From NCBI GenBank assembly GCA_025594325.1, contig JANHCV010000002.1, forward strand, positions 2,728,001 to 2,792,000: a stretch of 64,000 nt of DNA, read 5' to 3'. Of this stretch, positions 12,752 through 25,649 are shown piece after piece. Source of the DNA: Blastocladiella emersonii ATCC 22665 (lineage: Eukaryota > Fungi > Blastocladiomycota). The notes under the pieces were generated by a model. The model did no database searches and was not told the DNA's origin. It worked only from the letters and a program-made list of their open reading frames with translations. Both the position numbers and the translations under genes were made by a program. Each line of letters opens with the position of its first letter. Position 1 is the first letter of the stretch.

Positions 12752-13540
12752 TCACGAGCGCCGGAACTCGGACCCCGCATGCGAGTTGAGCAAGTCGATG
12801 ACCTCGCGGATCTCGTACTCGAGAATGCGCGCCCTGGTACACGTCCCGCTGGTCGCGCACTTGTCCTCGAGCTCGCGCCACGTGGCACGACGCCCGCTGG
12901 GGTCGAGGTCCTCGAGGCTCGCGCCCAGCTTGAGGTCGACCTCGCGCGACGAGGCGGCGTCGGGGTCCTCGGACTGGACCGAGTCGTCTACACGTCTCTG
13001 CGGCTTGGCGAGCTCGTTGTCGATCCGGTCCAGGTGCACCTCGGCCGCGCCGAGCGTGTCGTGGATCGACTGCGCGGCGGCACCATCTTGGCCACCGTCA
13101 ACGACGTGCTGGACGGCACCACGCGCCGGGATGCACTGGAACGTGCCGAGGCCCCACTCGCCGGCGTCGCTCCACACGACGACGTGGCCGCGCTTCTCAG
13201 TGCACGTCTTGACCGTGTCGAAGAACAGGTACACCGGCCATGCGGCAGCGAGGAGGATGCCTACAAACACGCGTCGTCGTCAGTCACGGCGTCTCCGATC
13301 CAGCGAGAACTCGCAGGAAACCATACCGAGCAGGGCGAGCCACGTGAAGTTCCTCGAAGCGCGAAGGCGACGGCGACGGCGAGGGGCGGTCGGCATTGGG
13401 TCTCCGTTCGGATGGAGCGCTGCCACGGCGTTCGCGGCCTGCTCCACCCGCAGGGCGTTGGCGGCTTCGATCGCGGCCGCCTCCGCCTGCAACGCCGCGT
13501 CGGCTTCGATCGCGGCCGTCTCCGCCTGCAGATCCGCCAT
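12752..13540 (-). CDS. Hypothetical membrane protein, 2 exons (start uncertain)
   Basis: Ala/Glu helical N-terminus with a 39-bp duplication; GTATGG...CTGAC...TGTAG intron joins FTWLALLG to ILLAAAWPVYLFF (TM helix); coding bias to stop at 12752. Confidence 0.55.
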
Positions 13541-14559
13541 CTCATCATCGAGCGCCAGAAGGGTACTGAGGTCGTAACGTTCGACCGGACGTTTGACGCT
13601 TATTTCGAGGAGACGATGGGCGTGGGCGGGGGTGGCGGCGAGGGAGGGCGACCGAGAGTCGATTCGATGGCGGAGGACGTGCGGCAGGGCGCTAGATGCG
13701 AGACATGCAGACGTCAGTTGGCAGTTCAAGAGCTGCGGGGAGGAGGGAGCGTTGAGGAGCTGAATCGGTGCGATGGGGATGCTGCCTGGCTCGGTCCACC
13801 ATCGTGGTCGGCCCGCTGGGCGCGACGGGCCGAGACCGCGGAGGGCGATCCGCCGCGCGATCCACGGAGCCGAGCAAGCAGCGGGTGCAAGGTGGATCGG
13901 AGGAAAAGAGGCGTACCAGGTCTGGGCGCGCGGGGCGACTGACTTGGGCGAGAAGCGGCGCGTCGACCGGCGTGGGAACAGCGATGCTACTCGCAGCAGC
14001 GAGGCGACCGTTAGTCACACCTTCGATCGAGCACGTTGAGCAGAAGACGGCGTACCAGGCCCGCGTGGAGACCGAGCGCTCTTATGAAGAGGCGAGCAGG
14101 GCGCGCCAAGTGTCGGACGTGGTGCTGGGCCTCGGGCACGGGCAGGCGGTGCACTTGCGGGTGCTCGGTGGTGGTTGATGCGTTGCTTGAAGCCAGGTTT
14201 CGCTCGATAGCTTCACGAGGCGGCGGGTAACGAGGGGGAGGGGAGAGAGCGAGCGTGGGAACGCCGCCGCGAAGAAACTCGGCGGCCGCGAGCGTGTCGC
14301 GCCACACGTGCTGCACGCCAATCTGACCAACACGCCTCTGTCCCCTCTACCTCGTCTGCGACAAGGCCAGAACAAGAGTGTTGCGAGCAAGCAAGTGAGC
14401 GACTTCTATTATCACAACGCCGTCGACGGCCAGCGACCTGTGTAGCCGCGCCCGCGCCGGGAGTCCCGGCCACGGCCGTCCTACACCGCGCTGCCTGACG
14501 AAATCGTGTAGGGGACCGCACTCGCGCGGGCGACGCGGTCTTTTCGCGGCGCCCGACCG

Positions 14560-15171
14560 AGTGCGGTCCACGCAGCGCGGTGCACTCTTGCCGTGGCAGG
14601 CACTCGGGGGCACGGCGAGCTCGAGGAGCAACTGCCAGCGAATCCTTCTGGTCGCGCTTGGAGCGGCGAACCTCGTTCTTCTTGTCCAGCACCGCACCGG
14701 CAACCAGCTTGCCCTCCTTGTCCTTCTTGGGGAGGGACTTCTAGATGCGGGGGTGTGCGTGTGCGTCAGTACTCTGCCCCGTCACGACCAATGCAGAGTG
14801 AGAAAACGTACGTTGGTCGAGACCGCCGACTTGACCAGCTTGAGGGACGGTGAGGCGCCCTGCTTCGGCTGTTTGGCCTTCGGCTGGATACAGGAGTGCG
14901 CGCGCGTCAGTGCTCAGCCCGTCACGACCGATGCCGTTAGAGATCGTGCCTTAGTCGAGGCCGCCGACTGGACCGATTCGACGGACGTGATCACCGCCGC
15001 GACCGTCTTGAGGGGCGCAGCTGCTGTCGTGACCACGACGAGGCGCGTGGCCGCCGACGCCAGGTGCACGTCCGCGGCGATCCGCGCGCATCTGCCGCCG
15101 AGCGTCTTCTTGCCCTGTGCGACGCTGAGGGCGTTCTTGGTTATGAGCGGGGCCGACGGGGCGGTCTTCAT
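14560..15171 (-). CDS. Small Ala/Thr/Lys-rich hypothetical protein, multi-exon (3' end uncertain)
   Basis: ATG at 15171 (MKTAPSAP), GTACGT...CTGAC...TCTAG intron at ~14812-14742, codon-biased exons. Confidence 0.35.
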
Positions 15172-15899
15172 GGTAATGCGTGAGTGGTTCGTGGCGGTGG
15201 TCCATGGTATGGTGTGGAAGAGGGAGAGGAGGGATGGGCGTGCCGCCGGCCAGGGCGCCGGCGCCCTCTTTATGCGGGCGGCCGACCGCGGCGACCGAGG
15301 TCAGCGCGCGAACGCCCGAGGCAGGCTTTTGCGCCGTTTCTTTCACGCGGGGATCAAGCGCGCGCCGGTTGCCGTGTGCCCTGCAATCCGCCAGGCGCGA
15401 AGCAGCGGGTACAATGAGAATCAAGGAAATGGCGTACCGATTCGGAGAACACGGATACGCGCGACGAGGCGGACACGCCGTCGAACCACACCTGAAAGTG
15501 TCCAGCTACTCGTACCAGCATGGCGGCTCACGCTTTCGACGTCAGCCGTGGCGGGCGTCGTGGTGCGGCTGAACCGGAACGTACCACTCAGTCCGCCGCG
15601 AGCCAAACACTGCGCCGACGTGTGCCTTGCTGTCTATCCAGTCCTCACCGGCACGTTGCGGCAAGTCCCCGGCGCACTTTTCATTCATGAGCTACGTTGT
15701 GCAAGTTCGTTAAGAGCGGCGATCGGCTGTGAAGCGCTCGCTTCCTTCAGCGCGGGTGGCGCACGGCGTCGAGTCACGGCCATCAAGGCGCCGGCTCGCT
15801 TCCTCACCCACGCGCAGGACCGGGCGTGCTCGCGAAACAAGTAAACCGAGCAACCATGATCAAATCGTATACATCCACACAATCTCCTCCTTCCTCAAA

Positions 15900-16801
15900 C
15901 TACACCGAGTGCCCGGCGACGCCGAGCTCGAGCGCGCGGATCCCGTCCTCGTAGAACCGCGGGTTGTGGTCGGTGAACATGGACCGCGAGAACCGGAGTT
16001 CGCCGACGAGATCGTCCACGTCCTCGAGCCGGTCGAGCACCGCGAGGTACCGGCGTTCCTCGCGGGTCACGGTCGCGCGCGCGGCTGCGACGCCCGCGGC
16101 CGTCGCCGACTGGCCCGCGGCGGGCGGCGTCAGCGACGACGCGAACGGCCAGCTAAGCGCCATGGTCGACGGCATCCGCGTCTGCTGCTGCACCGCCGCC
16201 GAGGAACCCGAGGCGGTGGCCGAGACCTGCGTGGTGCGCTTGACGTACGCCTTGGTGCGCAGCCAGTACACGGTGCCGGGCGGGTACAGCTTCTCGGACG
16301 CCATCTCGGCGCGCAGAGTCTGCATGAGCGACCACAGCCAGTCGCCCTCGTGCGGAACCGCGCGCGGCTCGCCCGTGATCGGGTCAGCCATGTTGTGTTC
16401 TGCATCCCCGGAAACGCCGGATCCGCTGCGGTCGAGCCCGAGCGCCTTGGTGATGATCTTCTCGGCGACGCCGCGGTTGCGCGAGTCGCTGAGGGTGCGG
16501 GTCATGACCTTGAAGTCGGTGAGCATGCCGAGCGAGAGCGGCGGCACAATGTCGGCGCCGTGGACGACCGACGCGACGAGCGACCCGGACACGACCGATA
16601 GCTTGTGAGTGTCGAGGAGCGCTCTCTCGTTGACCGTCGACGGTCTCGTTCTCAGCCATGGCGCCGACGACCGACACGCTGTCCGCGGTGCTGTTGAATC
16701 GGTGCAACCACAGCAGCGCGAGGAGCGCGGCGACGCCGCCGCCGGGAAGCCGGTTCACTCGGCCGTCGAGCAAGTCGGGTTCCGCGCAGGAGGCGGCCAT
16801 G
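15900..16801 (-). pseudogene. Class 3 lipase (DAG-lipase-like) fragment, lacking an intact GHSLG elbow and frameshifted
   Basis: SVVHGADIVPPLSLG (DxVP), LYPPGTVYWL and FSRSMFTDHNPRFY (DHxP..Y) are typical of Lipase_3 C-halves; upstream GGGVAALLALLW lies in another frame and is preceded by RVNRLP rather than GHSL. Confidence 0.6.
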
Positions 16802-17084
16802 GCCGTCGAGGTGCCGATAGTGTCCGGTTCATCCGCTGCTGCATGGGCTTCGTATCGCATGAGGACGACTCGACACGAGCGCTGGGAGCAAGCTCGAGCG
16901 GCCCGCGCTGTGGCGGCGACGTCGGCGGCGGCAACGCCCCTCACGTGGATGGCGCAACGCGTTTTCAGTCCGCGTCGAGCGCTCATATACGTCAGACGAC
17001 GCCATGGCTGTGCAGAAAATGGTGTGGGTTTGTTTTTTATAGCTAGTAGTGGATGGTGGTGGTGGGCGATGGCGGACTCAGTCT

Positions 17085-17671
17085 TCACACGCCGAGCAGC
17101 GACCACATGTAGTCGCGCACGGATTCGGCGAGTCCGAGGTAGCCGTCGGCCGCGGGCGTCTCCTCCTCGTCCTCCGCCTCCGCCTCCTGCATCGTCACCT
17201 CGGCCGCCGGCGCCGCCGGCGCCGCCCGCACGGCCCGTCGACGGCACCGCTCCTTGAGGTGCTCCTTTATCGCCTCCTTGTGGCTGCGGAACTCCTCCTC
17301 GTAGATCTTTGTCAGCTTCGCCTGCTTGGCCTCGTTCAGCGCCTTCTCGGCTTCACCCAACTCCTGCTCGAGCTCGCGCAGCGCGGCGGCCTCGGCGTCT
17401 TCCCGCGCGGCACGGCGGACCTGCGCAATCTCGATCTCCACCTCGGCCTGCAGCTCCTGGTCGTACGCCGCGTCAGTGCCCTGTCCAACACCGTCGGAGC
17501 CGTTCGAGAACGTACGATTTTCGAGGCCGATGTCGGCGGCGACGTCGACGTGGGCGCGCCATCGAGCAGCAGCGGGTCGATCGGGGCCGCGGCGACAGCG
17601 GGCTCCGCCGCGGACGCCAGACTCGCGGGGTTGGGCGCGAAGAGTTCGGTCTCGGACTGCGAGTGGTTCAT
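17085..17671 (-). CDS. Hypothetical coiled-coil protein, 2 exons
   Basis: MNHSQSETE... ATG at 17671; GTACGT...CTGAC...CCAG intron (~17515-17459) joins to ELQAEVEIEIAQVRR, a Glu/Ala/Lys heptad region. Confidence 0.65.
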
Positions 17672-18583
17672 GGCGTTGATGCGTTTGGTGGAGATGTGCG
17701 GGTGGTGGCAGTCTTGCTTTGGTGTGTGCAGAAGGAGAGAGGGATGGGCGGGGCGCCGGCGCCCGCTTTATCGTGGCGGACGCAGTGACCGAGCCAGCAC
17801 GCGGACGTAGCGCTCACGCCGCTTCTCTCCCACGGGAACAAGCGCGAGTCGCGGCGCGGGCGAAGGGCGGCGAAGGGAGTGTGCCTGCCGGGACGGTGGC
17901 GCGGCGCGCGATTCGCACGGAAGCGCGCCCACCGCTTGTTTCCGTCCTTCATGTTCTCGTGTGTTCTTGTTACAGTACCGGTCCGCTGCGTTCTCCGTTC
18001 ATTGCGGTGGCCGGAGCGGCGAGGGAGAGCCGGATCGGGCAGGAAAGAAGCGCGTCGACGGGCCGTTACCGCGGATGCGTCACCCCCGATGCGAGCTCAC
18101 TCTTACGGTCCAATTCTTCGCTCACGGCCATGACGGGCTAGACAGTCGACGACGGGACGCGCGCATCGTGGGCGGCATCACTGAACGCCCCGCCTCAGCG
18201 GACGTGATGCGCCGCGGCGGGGTCGCCGAGCGGGCCGCGGGGGCGGTTAGCCAGGAGGTCAGCGGCTTTCCCGACACGGCGACGCGACGGCCATGTGGTT
18301 CTGAGCGAGAGCATTCGCGCGAACGGCGGCCGATGAAGGATCGCGGACCACAGGGCGGCTCGAACGCGGCCGGCGGCGAGGAAACGGTCCAGGAAACGGT
18401 CGGCTGCGTGGTCGGCGGCCGGCGCGTCCTTCGGCCTCGCTCACTCGCCCCCTTGGCTCCCTTCTCCGACTTCCGCCCGCTCAATGAATCGCTCGATGAA
18501 CTCCGCCGCGCCATCGGCGGGAACGCAATCTACTGCACCATGCATCGACAACGGCCGTGAACCCGGCGGCGGCGCCACTTTGA

Positions 18584-19760
18584 CGCACCTCGACACATCG
18601 TCCCCGCCCGCCCAAGGCCGCGGCGGTGGACGTGCCCGGCTTCCCCGTCCCCGGCGGCCGCAACGGGTGCAAGCGCGGGATGATGCACTGCAACTGCGAC
18701 GACGCCGACTACGGCGGCGGCCGGAGCCTCTGCCTGCCGCACAGCAAGGTCCCGTCGACCTGCCGCCGCTGCCGCGGCGACCCCGCGGGCACCAACCAGG
18801 ACCTCGGGTGCCCGTGGCTCGGTCCGGCCCGGCTTCGGCGGGTTCTGCGGCCCCTGCTTCAAGCTGTTCGACGAGGACCTCATCGAGCACGTCTGGCACG
18901 GCGCCAAGGAGCGGCTCGTCGCCGGCCTCGCCTACGACCACGTCGGCAAGCACTATTCCGGCCTCGCCGTCGTCCATGACCACCCTGTCGACCAAGGTCG
19001 GTGCGACAAGCGGCCCGACCTGCTCCTCAAGCCCGATGCGTTCCGCGTGATCGTCGGGATCGACGAGAACACGCACAACTCGTACAACCCGGCGCACGGG
19101 CTACTGCGCGTGATCCAGATCCAGGACGCCATCGGCGTGCCCGTGGTCGTGCTCTGCATCCACGTCGACGGGTACCGCGACGCCACCGGTGTCCGCGTGC
19201 CCTCGCCGTTCGTGCGCGAGGATCTCGACGACAACGGCCTCCCCATCTTCACCGCGACCGGCGAGGTCGAGTGGCGCGCTCGGGTCGCTCGTCTTCTCGC
19301 CCACCTCGACGCGCTCCTCACGGCCGGTCCCCCGTCGAGCTCGGTGTACGTCGAGTGGTTGTGCTAAAACCGCGACTCGAGCGTCGGTCGCGGCGAGGTG
19401 CTCATTATGCACGGCGACCAGTCGATCGGGATCGGCTCGCCTGGTACGGGCACGGTCGTCGACTTCAAGGTGGCCAAGGGTCGCGCCGCCGAGCTGCCGA
19501 CCGCGACGGACCCGGACTAGGCCAAGCATGCGGCGGGCGCCGCGGCCTCGGCCTCGCACACCACGTCGAGCAGCAGCTCGACCACCACCACCAGCAACAA
19601 GTCGCGCAAGGGCAAGCGCTTGGCGGCAGGCCGCAAGCCCAACGGCGACCGCGACAACTCGGACCAGTCGCCGCCGCCGGCCAAGCGCTCGCGGAAGAGC
19701 GCGGTTCGCGAGATGCTTTGTGATGCTTTGCCGGAGCCTGCCGCTTCGATGTGGAGGTGG
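18584..19760 (+). pseudogene. Giant-virus (NCLDV)-type Cys-rich PD-(D/E)XK-like endonuclease pseudogene
   Basis: HCNC...SLCLPHSKVPSTCRRC, then after a frameshift near 18822 GFCGPCFKLF...KERLV...VVHDHPVDQGRCDKRPDLLL...VIVGIDENTH..Y...RVIQIQDAIGVPVVVLCIHVDGY; matches the recalled viral pattern YC.RCF..KE..V..HDK...C...RPD...IVEVDENQH..Y; in-frame TAA (19365) and TAG (~19518). Confidence 0.7.
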
Positions 19761-20633
19761 GGCAGGCAGGTGGGTCATGTCAAAAATCTCACGAATACAA
19801 CTCACTCCCGCGAAACCCTTGTTATTTCCCCCTCCTGTGACTCGTGCCCTGCCGCTCGGTGATCGGCTGCCGCGAGTTGACTCGAGCAGCTCTTGGTCCT
19901 GGTCGCGCGCGATGCCGCCGCGCTCCCGTATGAGCGCTTCGACACCTTCCCCAATCAAAACATGATCGGCCGAATACTTCCAGTTCTCTCCGTCTGATGC
20001 AAGGCAGTGGCTACTTTGCCGGGTGAACTGCGATGTTACGCGCGATGACCAAGCATACGGGCGATGGCCATCGTGCGCGTGAGCGATCAGGTGCGGTACC
20101 GCTGTACTAGGAGCGTCCGAAGCAAGAGCTTCAACAAGTCTGAATACGGCGTCTTTGATCTTCCGCGCGGCACGCGGTCCCTTGCGCGCGCGGGTCGTCG
20201 GAGGTGAGCGGGTCGGAGACGCGCCGCGCCCGAGCCGCTGCTGCGCCACCGCGGCTGAACCACCACGGCATTTGAACGTCGCGTGTGCGAACCTTGGTTC
20301 GTCCCATCCGCCGGTGCGCAAGATGGCTCCGTGCCATTGTTCTTCACAGCTCATATCACAGTTCAAGCGCTCTCCTTCGACTTGGTGGAATCGGGCACGG
20401 GGACCTTGCCTCTCGCTGGGGACCGCGAGCCTCCGCTCGGCCGCCGCATGAGCGTAAGGCGTCGTAGCCCTTGACCATTCATTCGGCTTGCGGACCACGC
20501 GGGACACGCCGAGAGGAACCGTGAAACAGGTGGCGAAAGACTATGGATGCAATGTATGGAGGGTAGAGTAGATGGTGGTGGTTGAGATCGTGAGGAACAG
20601 GAGAAGTAGTGGTAGGAAAGGGAACAAGGGAGT

Positions 20634-23600
20634 CTAAGCGGTGTACTCGCGGCCGCTGCCGTGGACGAGCTGGTTGGGCACGCCGTAGTACTGCATCTGC
20701 GAGGGGAACTGGGACCGGCGCTGCTGCTGCTGGGCCGCGGCTTCCAGTGCTTGGGCAATCGCCCGCTGTTTGATCTGCTCCCATTCCGCGTCTACGAGGG
20801 GAGGATTCGTCAGCAGGGAGGCCTTGGAGGGGGGAAAGGAGCGGAGAAAACACGCACATCGCTTCATGATGATCTTGGTCGAGTCAAACTCGCCATCGTC
20901 GTCACCATGGCCCTTGCCATCGTCGCCGTGGATTCGTCGCGTAGCTCCCCACGTCGCGTCATCTTGGTGCCAGAACTAATCGGGAGCAAGTAGGGGTGTC
21001 GGGGAGTCGGGGGGAGTGAGTAGGGGAGCACAGGAGCGGGTGGCGCAGCCGAAAGTCGGTCGAGCGGCCATGTGACGTCACCGCGCGCTCGAGGAGGGCG
21101 ATGCGAGGCAGCTCCTCGGCCATGCAGTCGAGGTGGGAGAGGAGAAAACGTACCGCGTAGGCAGGCAGGACAAAGTTCCAGATGGGCAGCGCGACGAGGT
21201 AGACAAGCATCCAGAACACGAACTGCCACTGGCGCGTCGTGAGCAGGATGAGGATACCCGGGAGACCGAGGATGGCGGCGAGCAGGAGGAGCGGGACGAC
21301 CGGGACCGGCGTCGTGAGGAACGAGATGACGACGAGGTAGATAGTGAAGCAGATGGCCGCCGGGAGCACGACGGAGCCAATGAGGTCGAGCAGGATCACG
21401 AACTGCATCGAGAAGCACCACACGCCGCAGAGGTCCTTGACCAGGACGAGCTCCATGAGGTTGTGGATCGTCGAGTTGATCCAGCGGCGGCGCTGCGACA
21501 GGAGGACCGAGAACGAGTCGGGGACAAAGGTCCTGCACGTGGCCTGCGGGACGAAGAGCATCTTGCGCTTGGGGAAGGTTCGCAGCATGAGCGTGGTGAG
21601 GAACCGGTCCTCGCCGAGCAGCAGGAGGTTCTTCTTGTGCAGCGTGTCGACCACGTTCTCCGAGTACTCTTCGACAATGTCCGGGTTGGCGAGGATCGGG
21701 ACCCAGTGCCGGCCGAGGTCACCCTTGGGCGTCTTGATGCGGTACGCGCAGAAACAGCTACGCAGCAATAGTGTCAGTCAAGCCAAGTTACCAGCAGCAG
21801 CGGAGCCGCAAGCGTACCCAGGAAGACATGTCACGCCGCCAAACACGGACTCGAACGCCTACACGAGTGCGCGCCGAGGTCAGCACGCGCCGGGCCCAGG
21901 ACGACCAGAATGGACAAACGCACCTTGGCGAGGTGGTGCGAAATGTAGTACTCAAAGACCTGGATCATGGTGACCCAGGAGCCCCACTTGTTGTCGATCT
22001 GGGTCTCGCCGCAGCAGCCCATGACAGACGGGTCGCGGGCGAACACGGCGACGAGGCGCTCGAGCGAGTCGGGGGCGACCTTGGTGTCGGCGTCGACCAT
22101 GAGCACCATCTCGTACGCGTCGGGCGTGACGCGCGCCACCTTGTGGATCTTCTGGAACAAGTCGTACTCGAGCGGCGTCATGCGCTCGTCGAACATAACC
22201 TTCTGCAAAAACGACAGCAGCACAATCTGCGAGTCGCGCTTGCCGCGGTTGCCCGGCTTGGGCAGGTCCTTTTCCTCGGGCCCGCCGCACTTCACGACGA
22301 CGACCATGGGCACGCGGTGCCCGTTGTGGTTGTAGTAGCCCGCGTGCACCTGCGCCATGTTGTGGCGCTTGGCGCCGTCGGCAATGGCCACGTACGAGTA
22401 CGGCTTGGGCACCTCGGGGAACGTCGGGTCCTTTTCCATCATGGACACGACAATGTCGGGCGTCGACATGGTGTTGCCCGACCCGACGATGATGCCGTCG
22501 GCGATCACGAACAGCAGCTTGTGGGTGTCGAGGTAGTGCGTGCTGGCGAGCGAGTCGAGCGTGGTGCGGATCCCGGCCTCGTCCTCCGAGTAGCACGTCA
22601 CGAGCAAAATCGAGTGCATCACCTCCTCGGCCGAAATGTCGGGCTCGCGCAGCGACGCGAGCTGCATTTGATGCCTCGGGTTACCCATGCCGAGCCCGTC
22701 CATGGAGTTGGTGCGCGTGCTGCCATTGTCGAGCATCGACGAGGTGCCGAACCCGGACGACATGGTCGGGCTGCCGGGCAGGAGCTTGGGCGATGCATCG
22801 CCAGCACCGCCCGCCGACAGCGTCGAGATGGTATCCGAGAACTGGCCCGAGGCCGTGGGCTCGAACGTGGACCAGCGCGACCGGCGGGACCCCGTGGTCG
22901 GGTCAATGTACGATCCGGGCCGGCCGCCGTTCCCGCCGTTCCCACTGTGGGCGAGGAGCGCCGCGTCGCGCTCGCGCGCGTTGCGGAGCAGGAGCATGTT
23001 GCGCTTCTCGTCGGGCGAGAGCTTGCGGCCGAGTTTCGGGGCGAGGATCCAGCGGAAGATGAGGGCCATGAAGAAGCGCGACAGGACGAGCGACAGGATG
23101 ATGATGAGCGAGATCCAGAGGACCACGTCCGAGGCGATGCAGCCCATGGTGGACGAGTCGAGCGACCCGACGCGGGCGATCTTGGCCAGGCACTTGCCGG
23201 CGTCGAGGAGCTCGGGCCGCGAGTTGAAGAAGAGCGACGCGTCGCGGTTGCGGTACTTTTCGAACGCGGCGGCGAGGTCGAGCCCGCGCAGGTTGCGCCA
23301 GTTGACGGGTTTCGAGAGCCGCGCGAGCACGTCGAGGTCAATCACCTCGCTGTTGAACGCCATGAAGTTGTTGGACGAGTCCTGGAGCACCTCCCACGGC
23401 ACGTACAGCTGCTGGCGGCGCTTCTGCCGCACGAAATCGGCCACGTCGGCGAGCAGCGTGTCCGTGTTGGTGTGGCAGTACGTCTTGGGGTAGGCACCGA
23501 ACGCGGGCGCCGTGGCCTCGGACTGGCCGCCGAGCGTGCACGGGAACAGGTACTGGCCCGTGGGCAGGTAGTCGCGGCCGAACATGGACATGCACTCGGG

Positions 23601-25649
23601 GAGGCGGTCAAAGGCGTTCTGGAACAGGAACGAGGCGTCGCGCGAGCTGCGCGACCGGTTGGCGCTGTACACCTGCTCAAAGGGGAACTGGCCGTACTGC
23701 CCGAAATTGTGGTTGTACCGGGTCACGTCGAACGCGTAGCCGTTGATGGTGACGAACCCGTTGCCGAGCTTGCTGGCATCGAGGCGGAGCAGCGACGGCT
23801 GGCACAGCAGCAGGTTGAAGGCGAAGGTGAGGAACCCGAGCGCGAACATCATGAGGAGGATGATGGTGCACAGCGCCATCTTCTCGCGCCACGCCTGCTG
23901 CACGTCGGGGTCGGTCATGCCGAACATGCGGAGCATGGGCGGGAACGCGTAGAAGGTGACGATGCGCGAGAAGATGACCCACGTCTTGCGGCACGTGGTC
24001 TGCGGCCGCGAAAAGTCGGCGCCGCGCGGCAGCGTGAGCGGGCGGCGCGAGATGCTGGGCGGCACGGGCCCGCCGTTGCCGCCGGGCGGCGGGTTGGGCG
24101 GCTGGTTGGGCGGAGGCGGGGCGCCCGGCATGGCGCCGTTGCCCGACCGCAGCGCCTGGGCCGTGGCGCGGCGCGCGTCCTGGGTGCGGAACACGTCGTT
24201 GCCCTGCTGCGGGCCGGCCCCGGGTACGCCGCCGTACGGGTCGTAGGGCGAGGGCGCGCCGCGAGTGCCGGTCGCGTAGGGCGACTGCTGCTGCACCTGC
24301 TGCTGGTGCTGGATCTGGTGCTGGTGGCGGCCGTGCTGCGGGGCGCGGTCGCGGCGGACGAGCGAGCGCTTGCGCTGGGCGCCGTCGGCGCCGGCCGCAT
24401 ACTGGTGCTGGGCCTCGACGTCGCGGTAGTTGCCGTTGGCGGCGGCGTGCGGACCGGTCGACGAGGACGACGAGGCGGGCGAGTTGGCGCCGTAGCCAGG
24501 GGTCTTGGCGCGGCGGCCCGACAGCTTGCGAGTGATCTGCTGGAACGTGGACAGGTGCTGCTGCTGCTGCTGCTGTTGCTGCTGGTACTGTTGGTACTGC
24601 TGCTGGTACTGCTGCTGCTGCTGCTGCTGCTGGGCCTGCGGGGTCCCGTAGCTCATGGCGCTCTTGGCCGACTTTCCGGCCGCGCCGCCGCCCATGGGCG
24701 AGGGCGCGACGGCGGGGCGTGCGCTGTTGCCAATGGGCTGCATCTGGTACATGGGCGGGGGCGGCTGCGAGGCGTGGGCGGGGAGGGGCGCGGGCGAGGG
24801 CGGGCCAAAGACGGAGGCGCGGTTGGGCGAGGCAATGGTGCCGTCGGGCGAGAAGATGGCCGAGGCGGGGCGGCCGGCGGCGCCCAAATTGGCGGTGGGG
24901 GAGGCGAGGTCGCCAAACGAGGCGATGCTGGCGCGGTGGTCCGAGTACATGGAGCGGCGCTTCTGGGCGACGGCGGCGATGGGCATGTCCTCCTCGTCGG
25001 CGGCGCCGGGGATGGAGGCGGGGTCGAGGACCTGGGCCGAGTTGCGGCGCGAGGGCGGGAAGGCCGGGGTGCGGGGCGAGTTGGCGGGCGAGTTGCCGGC
25101 GCCGAGGCCGCCGAAGACGACGCCATTGTCGGTGGAGACGGCCGAGAGGGCGCGCGAGATGCGGCGCGATGCGATGGCGAGGGGCACGCGCTCGTCGTCC
25201 TCGCCGACCGACGATGACACGGCGTTGTTGTTGTTGTTGGTGCCGGTGCGGTGGCGCGGGGTGACGACGTTGGCCGAGGTGGCGATGGTGGTCGGGAGGG
25301 CCGAGGCCTCAGCCGCAGCGGTGGACGAGCCGGCCGAGGAGGTTTCGAGGGCGGCGGCGTTGGCGCGGCGCGAGCGGCGCTTCTCGCGGCGGGCGTCGCG
25401 CTCGGCGTCGGTGAGCTGGGCCTTGTCCTTGTCCTTTTCTTTCTTGGCCTCCTTGTCCTTGCGGCGCTGGGCCTTGTCGCGCTTGCGCTGCTCCTTGTCG
25501 GTCTCCGAGGAGGCGACGAGCTCGGTCGTAGAGGAGGCAGCGGCGGCAGCGGTGGCGGCGTCGAGGGCGTGGCCGAGGTGCGAGGGCAGCAGGCCGCCGT
25601 TGTTGGCGTCGAACATGTCGGCGTCGTCGGGGCGCGACTGGGACGCCAT
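20634..25649 (-). CDS. CHS3: Chitin synthase, division 2 / class IV (CHS3-like), 5 exons
   Basis: Cyt-b5-like [12 protein letters not shown]; [66 protein letters not shown]; introns at ~21923-21859, 21817-21758, ~21150-20980 and ~20858-20795. Confidence 0.95.
24557..24632 (-). repeat. CAG-rich polyGln/Tyr tract in the chitin synthase N-terminus
   Basis: [28 protein letters not shown]. Confidence 0.95.

Noticed and set aside
19880-20170. HVLIGEGVEALIRERG, reminiscent of type 2 asparaginase
   Set aside because: Short match with wrong spacing and no other asparaginase motifs; probably chance.
21771-25217. Very long antisense ORFs (also 26890-29442, 31047-32468, 33376-35028, 39377-40657, 46712-48775)
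   Set aside because: They mirror real genes on the opposite strand; high GC3 removes antisense stop codons, and they carry no motifs.
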